DNA of 23,793 nt from Ginkgo biloba (taxonomy: Eukaryota; Plantae; Ginkgophyta): contig JANKJI020000004.1 in the NCBI GenBank assembly GCA_024626585.2, positions 5,400,095 to 5,423,887 of the forward strand, in the 5' to 3' direction. Below the pieces are notes generated by a model that worked only from the letters and a program-made list of their open reading frames with translations, did no database searches and was not told the origin of the DNA. Shown piece by piece: positions 10,929 to 22,358 of this stretch. Positions within the stretch are counted from its first letter, which is position 1, and each line of letters starts with the position of its first letter. The position numbers and the translations under genes were made by a program.

Positions 10929-12860
10929 AATACCTTGCACCTTGGAGCTAGTCCAGAAAATCATTGATTTGAGGAAGTGGGTAACAATTCTTAACTGTGA
11001 TCTTGTTGATAGGTCTATAGTCAACACACACCTGCCAAGTCCCATCGGGTTTAGGAATCAATATCACTGCTGATCCACATGGGGAAGATGAGGATTTTAT
11101 GTGACCCTTTACAAGTGACTCTTTAATCTGACGCTTGATTTCCTCATGTTCCAATAAGGACTTTTGGTACAACACTGCATTAGGTAATGGCACTACTAGT
11201 AAAAGATCTATCACATGTTCCACTTCTCTTTCTGGAGGGGGGCCCTTTTTCTCTTCAAAAACATCTTTAAATTCAGCAGTCAATGCATCCTTCCTAGGTT
11301 GATGGATTGCTTAACGAGCTACTAATTTCTGACCAGCCAACACCACTTTTGAAGACACCTCCTGTGGCTACTGAATCACTATTAATATAGCCTACTTAGA
11401 TACAATAGCAAGCTTAACAACTTGGGAGTTAGTGCCTAGGAATGTGGGAGAAGAAATTGGAACATATTTTAAGAACGATTGGCTGTCCATTTTTATACAA
11501 CCTATACTTATCCTCTGCTATATAAATTTCGACTGTCCTTTCCCTAATAAACATGCTTCCCAAGAGAACACTAGCACAATCCATAGGTACAACATCACAA
11601 GTAAGTTCACTAATATTGGCAAAAGTAATACAAAATTTGAACGACAATGTTGATTCACCTCTTGGCTATCCTTTTGGGATTTGCCTTGTATAACATAAGG
11701 CAAGGGGTGTGGTTCAACTTTCAACCCCAAATTGCTTACTGCATCAGCTGAAATAAGATTTTTTTGACTCCCGTTATCCACAATGGTTGGAACAATCTTG
11801 TCCTTAATCTGAAGCTTCAAAGTAAATAGCTTCTCATTATGATCAGCAGCTATGCAGCTACTAACCAACACCGCACAAGGATCTGGTTCGTTGGGGAGGT
11901 AACGGCAACAGTCGTTTCTCCCTTCTTCTTTTTAGAATTAACCAAGGACTTGGGAGATTTCCCAGGATGGAGCTTATAACAAGTATCCTCTTCATGTCCT
12001 AACTTACTGCAATGCTTACACCTCTTAGTCTGAGACTTTCCCTTTACCTTTATTTGACGACTTATTATCAGTTGAAGGTGTTGAATAAGAGGCATATGTT
12101 TGAGATGGCTTAATGGATTTGCATCTTTGCTCCTCCTTTGTAGTGTTTCTCAGAGTCTCAGGAATGTCCACCATTGTTAGATGTCAAATGCTCCTCAACG
12201 ATGTGGTAGAAGTCCTCCATAGAACTTGTACTTTGTTTTCTCATCGTCCTCCTTCACATCTAAACTAATCATAAGATCTACGAATTCATCGTAGTAATCA
12301 GACATGGACTGATTTTGCTTTTGCCTCGAGTATTGCCATCAAATGAACAATTCACTTTCATATCCTATCGAGTGGAAGTGCTTCTTTAAGGATGATTTAA
12401 ATTTAATCCACTTAGAAATCAGGTTAAGTCCCTTACGATATCAATCTCTTGACATAGCCTTCCTCGCCATTTTTACTATAGCAAACATAATCTTTTTCTC
12501 ATCATCAAAATTATGGCAGGAAAAATATACCTCTAAGGCTTGTACCCAATACTCCAACTTCTCCACATCCATACAACATTTGAAAATGGGGATTTTGATG
12601 TAAGCATATACTTTAAATGGCTTGCTAAAATTAGTACCAAAAGTTCCAGACTTAGTATTTTTCCCTTGATCACTTGTAGTCTTTGAAGATCTTCCATCAT
12701 GAGGAGAAGTTTTCTACTATAAGCCAACAAGCACAACATCAAAGTTGTATTGGGCGTTGAGAATCTTCTCCAATGCAGTATCAATCTTGTTTTTCTTTTC
12801 TATCAAGTTCTTCAACATCTTTGTTAGAAAGGTTAGTTTGGAACCCTCACTTTTAGACAT
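10929..12860 (-). pseudogene. Ty3/gypsy (CRM-like chromovirus) gag-pol, 5' half: gag, zinc knuckle, aspartic protease, RT N-terminus
   Basis: gag FKVYAYIKIPIF...EKLEYWVQALEVYF...WQYSRQ...KFYGGL. Knuckle CKHCSKLGHEEDTC. Protease IVDNGSQKNLIS...HPLPY...CDVVPMDCASVLLG. RT EFKDVF...PPEREVEHVIDL...SSSPCGSAVILIPKPDGTWQVCVDYRPINKITVKNCYPLPQINDFLD. Multiple frameshifts and stops. Confidence 0.92.
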
Positions 12861-12922
12861 GCTTCTTGCCAATACCATAGACTTATCTACCTTGTATTTG
12901 TGGTAGATTCCTTCCTAGACTA

Positions 12923-12934
12923 GCTCTGATACCA
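12923..12934 (-). promoter_or_regulatory. Primer-binding site (tRNA-iMet), intact
   Basis: Plus-strand GCTCTGATACCA equals TGGTATCAGAGC on the minus strand, 2 nt from the LTR end. Confidence 0.92.
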
Positions 12935-12936
12935 AC

Positions 12937-13430
12937 TGATACAATTTTAAATACTAAGCTTGCTATTGTTGCAAAAAGTACAATAGATTGGCAAACATGT
13001 ACAACCTTAAAACAATAGGAAATAAGACTATAATTCAAGATCCTAACAAGAGAATACTATCAAACTCAAATACACCAAGAGTAGGGAAAGAGATTTGCAA
13101 ACCGCAACACTTCGATGGAGATTTTATCTTGGGAAAAGAGTATGAAAGCCCAAAAACCTAGTAACAAGTGTGACTACATCCTTCCTTCAAAAATATTAGA
13201 GATACAAAAATGACTTGAGAAGATAAATATATAAAAAGAAGAGCCCCCTTCTTACCATACTGTTGACGTCTATTTTTGGCACTTTATAGTTTGTAAGTGG
13301 ACAAGGCTTTATTGTTGCAACTCAAAGAAAAAGTGCCAAGATAGTGTAACAGTAAGGGCTCAGAAGACCTTCCGACTTAGGAGGGGTGGTTCCCTTATTA
13401 CAAAGGAATAAACAAATAAGATACTAAAAT
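12937..13430 (-). mobile_element. 5' LTR of the CRM-like element (runs into the N-gap)
   Basis: Minus strand reads ...TGTATCA-gt-TGGTATCAGAGC. An ATCA terminus is typical of CRM-clade LTRs. The other end is not visible. Confidence 0.7.
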
Positions 13431-16179
13431 NNNNNNNNNNNNNNNNNNNNNNNNNNNNNNNNNNNNNNNNNNNNNNNNNNNNNNNNNNNNNNNNNNNNNN
13501 NNNNNNNNNNNNNNNNNNNNNNNNNNNNNNCATATAAGTTTGGTTAAGTGCAAAAAAAAAAAAAAAAAAAATTACGAGGTGAGGGGTTGGTTGTTGAGAA
13601 ATTGATTAGTTTGTTTATGCGTTGGGATTAATAATAGAACTTAGGACTAAGAGAAAATGCATTTTTGTGCATAACAGAACACAAATTTCTACAAAATTAG
13701 AGGGTTTGAATCCTTTTTAGATACGAACAATTCGACAAATTCGATTGCAACTAAAAGAGGTAGAAATTTNNNNNNNNNNNNNNNNNNNNNNNNNNNNNNN
13801 NNNNNNNNNNNNNNNNNNNNNNNNNNNNNNNNNNNNNNNNNNGAATTTAACCATGAACATGGTTACCGATTCTATTTTGTGAGGGTTTACGTCACTGGCA
13901 ATAAGTCACTTGCGTTTTGGGATTGTCTTAAAAGTGCGTATAGAGCAACAAAAAGTGGATTTATGATCTAACAAGTGCAAGAAATTGAAAGAGCAAGATG
14001 TTTTCTTACCCCTTTTAATTAAAAAATATTAGGCATGTTGTAGGTGAAATATTTGCTACCACAGATTCAACAGAAGCAAAAGCCAACATTAGTATTTTAN
14101 NNNNNNNNNNNNNNNNNNNNNNNNNNNNNNGGTTACTTTAAGGAGGCTAAGACAAGCCTCAACACTCTTCTCTTCCCTCGATCTCCTTCAACTAGAGTGC
14201 CCTTTTCTAATGTTTGAGTCGAACTAGAAATGACGTGTATTAATCAATAAATCAATAAAGTCTCCTTGCTTAATCTTTGATCACAAATCGAATCTTAACT
14301 TGCTATGGTTCAATTGATAATAGAAAAAAATATCAAGGGATACTATTTTCCATTTGGCTAATTAAATGTNNNNNNNNNNNNNNNNNNNNNNNNNNNNNNN
14401 NNNNNNNNNNNNNNNNNNNNNNNNNNNNNNNNNNNNNNNNNNNNNNNNCATATAATTGGATGATTCATCAAATATTATAAACATTTATTATGAGGATGTT
14501 GATACATATCCCTTCTTGAATGAGTATTATACATAATGGCAAGAAACTTAAAATTAAATAAAGAGTACGAGTTGGTATCATGTACAATGTAGATCCCATT
14601 GAAATAATAAGAGACCATTAAGAGTGGATTTATGTAAGACTACATAAAAATATATGGAAAANNNNNNNNNNNNNNNNNNNNNNNNNNNNNNNNNNNNNNN
14701 NNNNNNNNNNNNNNNNNNNNNNNNNNNNNNNNNNNNNNNNNNNNNNNNNNNNNNNNNNNNNTTAACTATATAACTTCATTTACAATTGCTTTTGCCCTCA
14801 TAAGCTACACACAAAAAAATTAGATTTAGGTTCATACTTGTATTTAAAATTTCATTCATTCCATACATGCTTCATTTTATGATGAGCATATAAGGAGTCT
14901 TGGACATGGCTTGCTCTAAGTATCTCCCCTATTAGGAATTTCTCCATATCCTCTATTATATTTTGCTTTGCCAACTCCTCGAAGGATTGCATTTGAACGA
15001 TTGCTTGCATTCATCTTTTTGTTTGAAGTTTGTCATACAAAGAGCTAAAACAATGCAATTCATCATAATTTATTTCTTATGCTCCATTCTCTCATTTAGG
15101 CTCTTCGATTAAGAATTCCCCATTGTATCATTGCATACACTTTGAATCTTTTGGCGTTTAGTGTTGAAGATGGAAATGGACAAAATTCAATTTTTTTCTT
15201 ACTTGTTAATACTTGTTTTAAATCTTGAACACTTCAAACACACACTTTCTTCGAGGTATTGTTCAACTTACTTGCCTAGTACCTCCATATAGGAGGGCAT
15301 GGTCATCTCATTGGCTTATATGCGAAAAGTGGAATTAACCACACATTTACATTTTGATGACCATATTAGACAATGATTCGATCACCAATTGTGTATGTTT
15401 TCCTTTTCTTTTTGATTCTTAGGTAGTTTTCTAGGTGCTTGTTGAGTCCAATTTAATTCTATTAAAAAAAAATCACTAGAGTAAAAACCTTTGCACTTAC
15501 ATAACATAGCCCGTACCCCCTCTAGTAGCCATTAAAGGTCATAACTAATTTAGAGAGGGCAAGTCACATATGATGCTATCATATCGTTGGGATTTAGTCT
15601 CTTAAACCTTGGACAACATTCTTCAAATGTGATCCTTTTGGGTGATTCTTAAGGGTTGTCTTTAGAAAGAGCCAAGGTGATGTTATATACTAGTATTACT
15701 TGTAGGTACATTGTGACTTGATGTATGCTCTTTGAGTGTAGAACTTGGTGCTGACGCATTAATGACTTACTTTTAGAGGGTCCATGAGGGCTATATTGCT
15801 TTTGATGCTAGTATCATAAAACCACTTTCTAGGTCCTTATGATTTACTTCGATTTCATCATATAGTTTTAAAATTTGAATCATCTAGATGGGTTTGAGAT
15901 AACATATGCTAGAGGAGACAACCTAATAATTATTTTTGGCATAATTAAATTTGTTAAGTTTTAGAAAACCATTAGAAGCTACCTTCTTTCTTGCTAGTTG
16001 CAAATAATATGTTGATTGTCATCGATACCTTGTTTGACATGAGCAAGAGACCTTCACATAAAACACGCACACACAAAAACTCTAGAATTTTTGGGTTTTT
16101 ATTTTCCTTTACTTAGGTAGGTTTAGGCATGTTTGTTTCACATCTAGTTTCTTATACACACAGGTTAAAAAACACTACC

Positions 16180-16456
16180 ATATGAGGGACAAACCTTGGC
16201 CAAAGCCCACATAGGTATGCTAATCTTGTAGGTTGCACGATCTATCTATAGAAACTACTTCAATAGTTGGGATTACTATTGAAAATCTAATAAAACAAAT
16301 GTAATTTTTAAATATTTTTCCTTCTCCTTTAGTTATGACAACTAGAAAAGATCGTGAGGTTGAAGTTACTTACCTTGAAAATATATTTAATAGTTAATTT
16401 TATGAAACTTAAGAACCTTTGAATCCATGAGAATTACTTGAAAACATTATGGATGG
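16180..16456 (+). pseudogene. Possible N-terminus of a gypsy gag
   Basis: MRDKPWPKPT*VC*SCRLHDLS... reads as a deaminated RxRRSxRL gag-start motif (CGA>TAA/TAG-type stops, CGY>TGY). Cut by a gap. Confidence 0.25.
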
Positions 16457-18499
16457 NNNNNNNNNNNNNNNNNNNNNNNNNNNNNNNNNNNNNNNNNNNN
16501 NNNNNNNNNNNNNNNNNNNNNNNNNNNNNNNNNNNNNNNNNNNNNNNNNNNNNNNNTCAAAGGATATCTTCACATGCCTCATGCTATAAGATTTCATACG
16601 ACTACTTCCCAAAATAGAAATGGTTTTATATATGTTTATCAACAATAATATTCACAACTAATTATTTTCCTTCCTTAAGGTTTGATTGGATTCGGTTTCT
16701 AATCAATACAACCTACATCTTTACTAATTGTTAGTCCAAACACTATACCATGTCATATGTTTCACAAGCATTGGCATATAGCACTAGTCCAATACAAGTT
16801 GTTTTTATTCCTTAAATTATATAATCAATCATTCTGATGTAAGCTTTCATTTCTTGGGTAAATACGAACCTATTTGGAGGACAACCTTTTGTGCCAAAAA
16901 CATCATCTTTAGTGGTTTCAAAACCACTGAATGCATAAAATCCATTTGTTAGAGTTGCATATTCTCCATTTGGACAACCCAACCCTTCCACTAATTAACC
17001 ACAAGTATCTCTTTTTAATTCCTTTTATTCAAGTGGGTCTAATTACATTTGTTAAGCTACACCACAATAGGTAATGCCAAGTGGTGTCACTCAAAAACAA
17101 ACATTTGGTATAATATCTACCCCATTTAAACTTGACTTATATGTTTTTAAACCTCAATGCTAAATGCCATAACCATAACCACAACAAACCCCTTACATGC
17201 CATTTACTACACAAGTTGCACCTTATGTGAATACTCTACAATGTGTTGCTCCATAAATGCAACAACCATGGTTGCGCTAAAACATTCTCCTAAGAGTTTA
17301 ACAATTAGGAATTAACATTTAAACATGAATTCTAAGAATAAAACCATACAAACAAAAAAAAAAAAAAAAAAATCATACATAGATTATATGAAGATCCCAT
17401 TATCCATATCAACTACCTTAGCAGTGTTACCACACCTAATGCCTAAGCTACTAAAGTTTGATGGATTAATAGGTGCTCCATTGCTCATGTGGACACCTAT
17501 ACATTAATGTGATAAATATATGTCATATAATGACTTGGTCCTTAAAATGTTCCCATGTAGGCAAGCGATAAAGAGGTTCTACTAAGAATTCAATCACAAC
17601 CTTCTAAAAATTTGTTGACCTGATAGACGGATGAACTCTGCTAGAGTTACACCTAAGGAGGCATTTTCTTCTTCTCGACGGGGGCACTCCCTTCTATCCC
17701 TAACCTTGGCAGGGTTCAACTCGATTGTAGTGTGCATGAGGTCAGTTGTGAGTAAGGAAGAGGTGGGTCTTTCGAGTGGGGAAGGAAGATGCCTCGGGAA
17801 AATCCCATGGTTTCTTTTGGTAAGCTTTTTGATGCAGAGTGAGATCTCAATTTTTCTATTATATGGACGGTTTGGTTGTAGTGATGTACTTCCAATCACT
17901 AAGCGTGTGTTATTTGAGGTCGTTCCAATGGTGGATGGTGTAGCTCTGGTGCTAATCCTGGCCTACAATGTTCTTGACTCTCCCTTTGATATGTTTGTGG
18001 TGACTATCCTTCAATGGTGGCTTTGCACCCTTGTTTGAGTGGCGATAGTTCCTTGGTTGTTCCTTAATAGGCCTTTGAGTGCTTTAAGGGTTTCAACCCA
18101 GGGTGAGTTCAGTTGCAGCTCTCGATTGGGTCATGCTAACATGTTGCTGATCTCTTTTTGGGTCTTTTTCCTTTTGTTAAGCGCTTGGTGTCTAGAGTTA
18201 GTAGATTTTTTGTTACTTGATATATTTTGTGCCCATACTCTCACTTCGTACGTGGTGTCTGGCTAATTTTTTTGGTGAGCAAGGTTGTGTTCGAATTATC
18301 CTAACTCCCTGCGTGGTGTCCGTGGTGGATACATCATTCAGGGGCCCTAAGTGGTCACCTAAGTTCATGTTTCTTATTACTCCAAACCCCAGGGGAATAC
18401 CTCACCCCTAGGGTGTCGTATTATTGAGGTTGCCTGGTCTCAGCACTGGACAACTGCAAGGTTGTCCACCCTTTTGTTGTATATGATGTAATCCTTTCA

Positions 18500-19220
18500 A
18501 TTTTCAAGAAATGAAGACAAATTATATGTGGATATATATTTTGATATATACACATATTTGCAACAAAAAATAAAATTGGTTGACCTCTTTGTTAAATACT
18601 TAAATGTAGCAAAGCCATATGATATAAGTCTTAGGGCTTTATTTAAACTTAAACAAAGGGACAACGTGTTAAAATTTGAATTTGTTTGCAAATTCAAAGC
18701 TATTATACAATCTTCTACGACCCTCTTTTATGGGTGCCAACTTTATGAGTTGTTTGTGAATGCATTAAGGCCCCAAGTCCATTTAAAAGTATTAAAGTTA
18801 GGCCCTACCTCTTATGAGGATGTAGTAGATAAATGCCTAACTACTAAAGCTTTTGAAATCAAGTTTGGTGTCAAGTAATCATTAGAACTAACTATTGCTT
18901 CTTCTTCTTCTAAGAACAAAAATACTACTTGTGATGGAGTCATTAAAATAACCAAAGACTCCTTACTAACATCTAATAGAATGCTTGACTTGATTACTTC
19001 AACTATTTGTCAGCTTGAGAGGACCATCATCAACATGGAAACGAATAATCCTCAAACCAAGAAAGAACAAGAGAAAGAGAATGGTCAAAATAAGAAAGAA
19101 TGTAAAACTATTAACTTCTTAGAGAAAAATCCAAAAGAGAATTTTGAGCTAAAGCCTCCACCCCACCCAAAGATATCAAAGTTTGGCCAAAATATGGACC
19201 TACGGCATGATTATCACTAG
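18500..19220 (+). pseudogene. Ty3/gypsy (Tat/Ogre-like) gag fragment
   Basis: LVDLFVKYL...ISLRALFKLKQRDN...EFVCKFK...LFVNALRPQVHLKVLKLGPTSYEDVVDKC fits the Retrotrans_gag pattern. Ends at ...DLRHDYH, a likely start of the zinc finger, at an LTR-like junction. Confidence 0.65.
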
Positions 19221-19813
19221 TGTTGGGGACATGGCCTTAACAAATATCATGCATTGTTGCACATGCAAGGTCTCCTCCTATCTTCTAATAAGTTGTCATA
19301 TTTCGCAATACAATAAAGGCCTAGAAGAGGAAAACCCTAGAAGCCTACATGTTGAGAGGAAAAGGACTCTTAATCAACTTAGTTAAGCCTTGTGGATAAT
19401 CCATAAGAAGCATACACAAGTTCTAAGAATTAAAGTGTATTTGGGAGCTTAAACAATAACCTCAACCAACATTGCAGTAACTTGATGTGAACCACATAAG
19501 TTTAAGCTTTAAAAGGGACCAAAGCTTTCTTTCATTTCTCACCCATCATCTTCAGTAGTTTCTAGTTGTCTTCTCTCTCTTAAAAGAGCACTTAGGAAGT
19601 AGGTACTTTCTCCATCCTCAAAATCATCTTTATCACTCTATATCTTCTCTCTCTTCTTNNNNNNNNNNNNNNNNNNNNNNNNNNNNNNNNNNNNNNNNNN
19701 NNNNNNNNNNNNNNNNNNNNNNNNNNNNNNNNNNNNNNNNNNNNNNNNNNNNNNNNNNTAACAACAATCTAATTTGAGCCCATGCTTGGGCAATACAATA
19801 TTATATTCTAACA
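19221..19813 (-). mobile_element. Copia-type LTR piece(s) spanning a gap
   Basis: Minus strand starts TGTTAGAATATAATATTG at 19813, contains GGGTTTTCCT and ends CCCCAACA at 19221. Flanks (ACTAG / ATCTT) do not form a TSD, so the two ends may belong to different LTRs. Confidence 0.4.
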
Positions 19814-19829
19814 ATCTTCACCTTTAAAG

Positions 19830-20290
19830 GAAGCTCAAAGGAAAGAGAGGAAGTAGTAAGTCTTGTTTAAGCATAACAGAAAAAGAATCCCTCCAAAGTT
19901 AGCCAAACTTATTGATCTTATGATCACATTATCAAAAGAGGAAGTGGTATGTAGGATGGAAGAATATAAGTCTCTAGATGACGATGGGCTACCTATGGAA
20001 TTTTATAAGCTATGTTGAGACATCGTAGAAAATGACCAACTAAGTATGTGCAAAAAAGTATTATGAAGAGGAGCTTTTGGAAGAAAGGTGAATATAGGGA
20101 TAATGAAATTAATCCTCGAGTATGGCGTTGATTTGAAAACCATAGGTGGATGATGCCCAATAACCCTTTTCAATGTGTCATACAAGATTTTGGATAAACT
20201 TTTAGCCTAAGAATTAATAAATAACTAAAGAAAATTGTAGGGTAAAAGAAGGTAGATTTCATTAAGGGAAGCCTCATTTTAGATACCATT
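19830..20290 (+). pseudogene. L1/Tx1-type LINE ORF2 reverse transcriptase fragment (N-terminal subdomains)
   Basis: KSLDDDGLPMEFYKLC*DIV...NIGIMKLIL...IGG*CPITLFNVSYKILDKLLA-R...FIKGSLILDTI versus consensus KSPGPDG..EFY..W...WRPITLLNVSYKILAKxLAxR...GFIKGRxILDNI. Confidence 0.9.
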
Positions 20291-20977
20291 TTATATTTTA
20301 GAAATGTAAAAAATACCTTTTATTGTTCCAATGTAGTACTTCAAAGATCGAAGCTTACAAATTCAGTGTCTAATCTCCCAAATCCAAAAAGAATAATAAA
20401 TATAATAAAAGAAAACTCCAATAACAGTTCTCAATCTATCCAAACTCTAGTGAGCAACATCACAGCTAACAGCAACAGTACCTCAAAAACTAAAAAAAAT
20501 ATGCAGACTCTGCAAACTCCAACAGTGAGAAGTGAGAGCAATTTGCCAAACCGAACAGCAACAGCGAAGTGAACAATAAACTTGAAAATCAAAATTTATC
20601 AAGGTTCCGATACAAATTTGTAGCCCAGCAATGTGCTTTTGGTGACCTCTTTTCTCTTGTGCTAGTCTTAAACTCTACAAGTTAAGCGCCATCAGGTAAT
20701 CGAAATGCATTGATATATGCTTTAGAAGTTTTATAAACCCTCTCCCCCAATTTCTAGATCCTTCCATTATAATGGCATTCTCTATTCATAGTGATAAAAA
20801 TCCACTGGAAACCCACTACCTCTCTATTTTCATTCTTAACAAATTCTTTCAAGAAATAAAAATTGATGCATAATGGAAATTTCTAAAACCATGATGGCAG
20901 CGTGTAAGAATTTTTTAGAATCTTTAATTATTTTTTTATTTTGTTTTCTTATTGAGGGAGGTAGTTGTTATATAGAT

Positions 20978-21048
20978 AAAATTTTGGGGTCAAAGTGGTC
21001 AGTCAGTCGCTTTGACCCCAAAATTTTTAGTATATAGTAATAGATATG
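20978..21048 (-). mobile_element. Helitron-like 5' terminus, copy B, with an 18-bp perfect inverted repeat
   Basis: AAAATTTTGGGGTCAAAG (20978-20995) pairs with CTTTGACCCCAAAATTTT (21010-21027) around a (GTCA)n-containing loop. The minus strand begins A|TCTATTACTATATACT. Confidence 0.55.
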
Positions 21049-22315
21049 CCAATCTGTCTAACATTATACATCTATCAAATTATTTAGCAATCATAACATA
21101 TTTATAATGCATGTTTCATTAGCCTCTCTTGTGCTTCATCTTTATTTCTCTTTTCATTCTTAGCATGATTTGGCTCTTTTCTTACCTCTAAAATATTAAT
21201 AACTTTGAGGGGCAATTGAACCAAAGCATCTTCTTACTCTTTTAATGATTCCTCTTTTTCATCTATATGAATTTACATGCCATNNNNNNNNNNNNNNNNN
21301 NNNNNNNNNNNNNNNNNNNNNNNNNNNNNNNNNNNNNNNNNNNNNNNNNNNNNNNNNNNNNNNNNNNNNNNNNNNNNNNNNNNCTTGTCCGGATATAATT
21401 TCTCATAACTATGCTTGCAGTATGTGGGCCTGCTATATGTGGTACCAATCCACATTGCAAAATCTATTTTTGCAGGTTTTCAATTAATATACCATCCAGT
21501 CAGCCTGCAGCAACCCCAAAAATTAGAGTATTGAAATCAAGGATGACCTTCGGTGACATCCTGGAATTAACTCTTTGCCGTATTGTTTACAGAGAGCAAA
21601 TAGTAGCGACTGTACACATACAAAGGACGACATGGACGAATCCTTACGTCCCTGATACTTCTTCATACAGACCTAAATTATGGCACACTCAAACGATTTG
21701 AAGAGAAATCAGGATTCAGACCGTCATGTCCATTATTTCATTAAATTTTGCAATACCTACAAGTAAAATATATGCCCCAAATCACCACAACATACAGTAA
21801 GGCAGAGTGTTAGACCGGTTATCTACTCCCCGATCTAATTTTTAATTGCAGTAATTCAAACTCCACTCTTCCTATGCAACTGAGTCACAGTAATGACAGC
21901 AATATGATGATGTCATATTAAGAATCAGGTACCAGTCTTCCTTCAACTCAAAGCTCTTTCCAATGAATATCCCATCTTACAGATATTTCTGTCTGAAACC
22001 AACTTTTATTTTGAGTAAATTCCAAGCAACCTCCACTTCACTTTCCCATGGCCAAAAAGCACTCACATCAGAATACTGCAGAAATTGAATATTGGTTTCC
22101 TATTGCAACTTAGCGGTGCAAACAGAAACAGCTAAGCTAATGTTGCCATTGAATAGTACAGAGCCCATAATATTCCATCACAAAATTCTACCTAAACCAA
22201 TGAGGCATAGTCTCCAAGATAATAAAAGGCAGAATTGAGAAATGTGCCTGATTACACAAGCTGACGACAGAGACTGTAAAACAAGTCAAAAAAGGAAAAG
22301 CCTGAAAAACGCAGC

Positions 22316-22358
22316 CCAATATAGAAGCCATTGTATTGGCGAAAGTATTCTGACGTCA
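22316..22358. promoter_or_regulatory. Candidate promoter motifs: two opposed CCAAT boxes and a bZIP C-box
   Basis: CCAAT at 22316-22320, ATTGG at 22335-22339 and the palindrome TGACGTCA at 22351-22358, which keeps its CpG. Confidence 0.3.

Noticed and set aside
10109-10929. 77-aa and 129-aa minus-strand ORFs as a continuation of pol
   Set aside because: No RT, RNase H or integrase motifs. The sequence looks like LTR or other non-coding DNA.
13843-14020. Short open peptide EFNHEHGYRFYFVRVYV...
   Set aside because: Between gaps, has an internal stop and matches no family I recognise.
19221-19471. 251-bp solo LTR bounded by TGTTGG...CCAACA
   Set aside because: Flanks ACTAG and TTGCA are not a TSD, and there is no PPT or PBS.
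8284-21487. ORF-track entries containing X runs (8284, 8297, 14277, 16409, 21245, 21263, 21273)
   Set aside because: Open only because Ns cannot encode stops.
21411-21701. 96-aa plus-strand ORF as a real gene
   Set aside because: No recognisable domain, and the surrounding splice and poly(A)-like signals point to the opposite strand. Not excluded without expression data.
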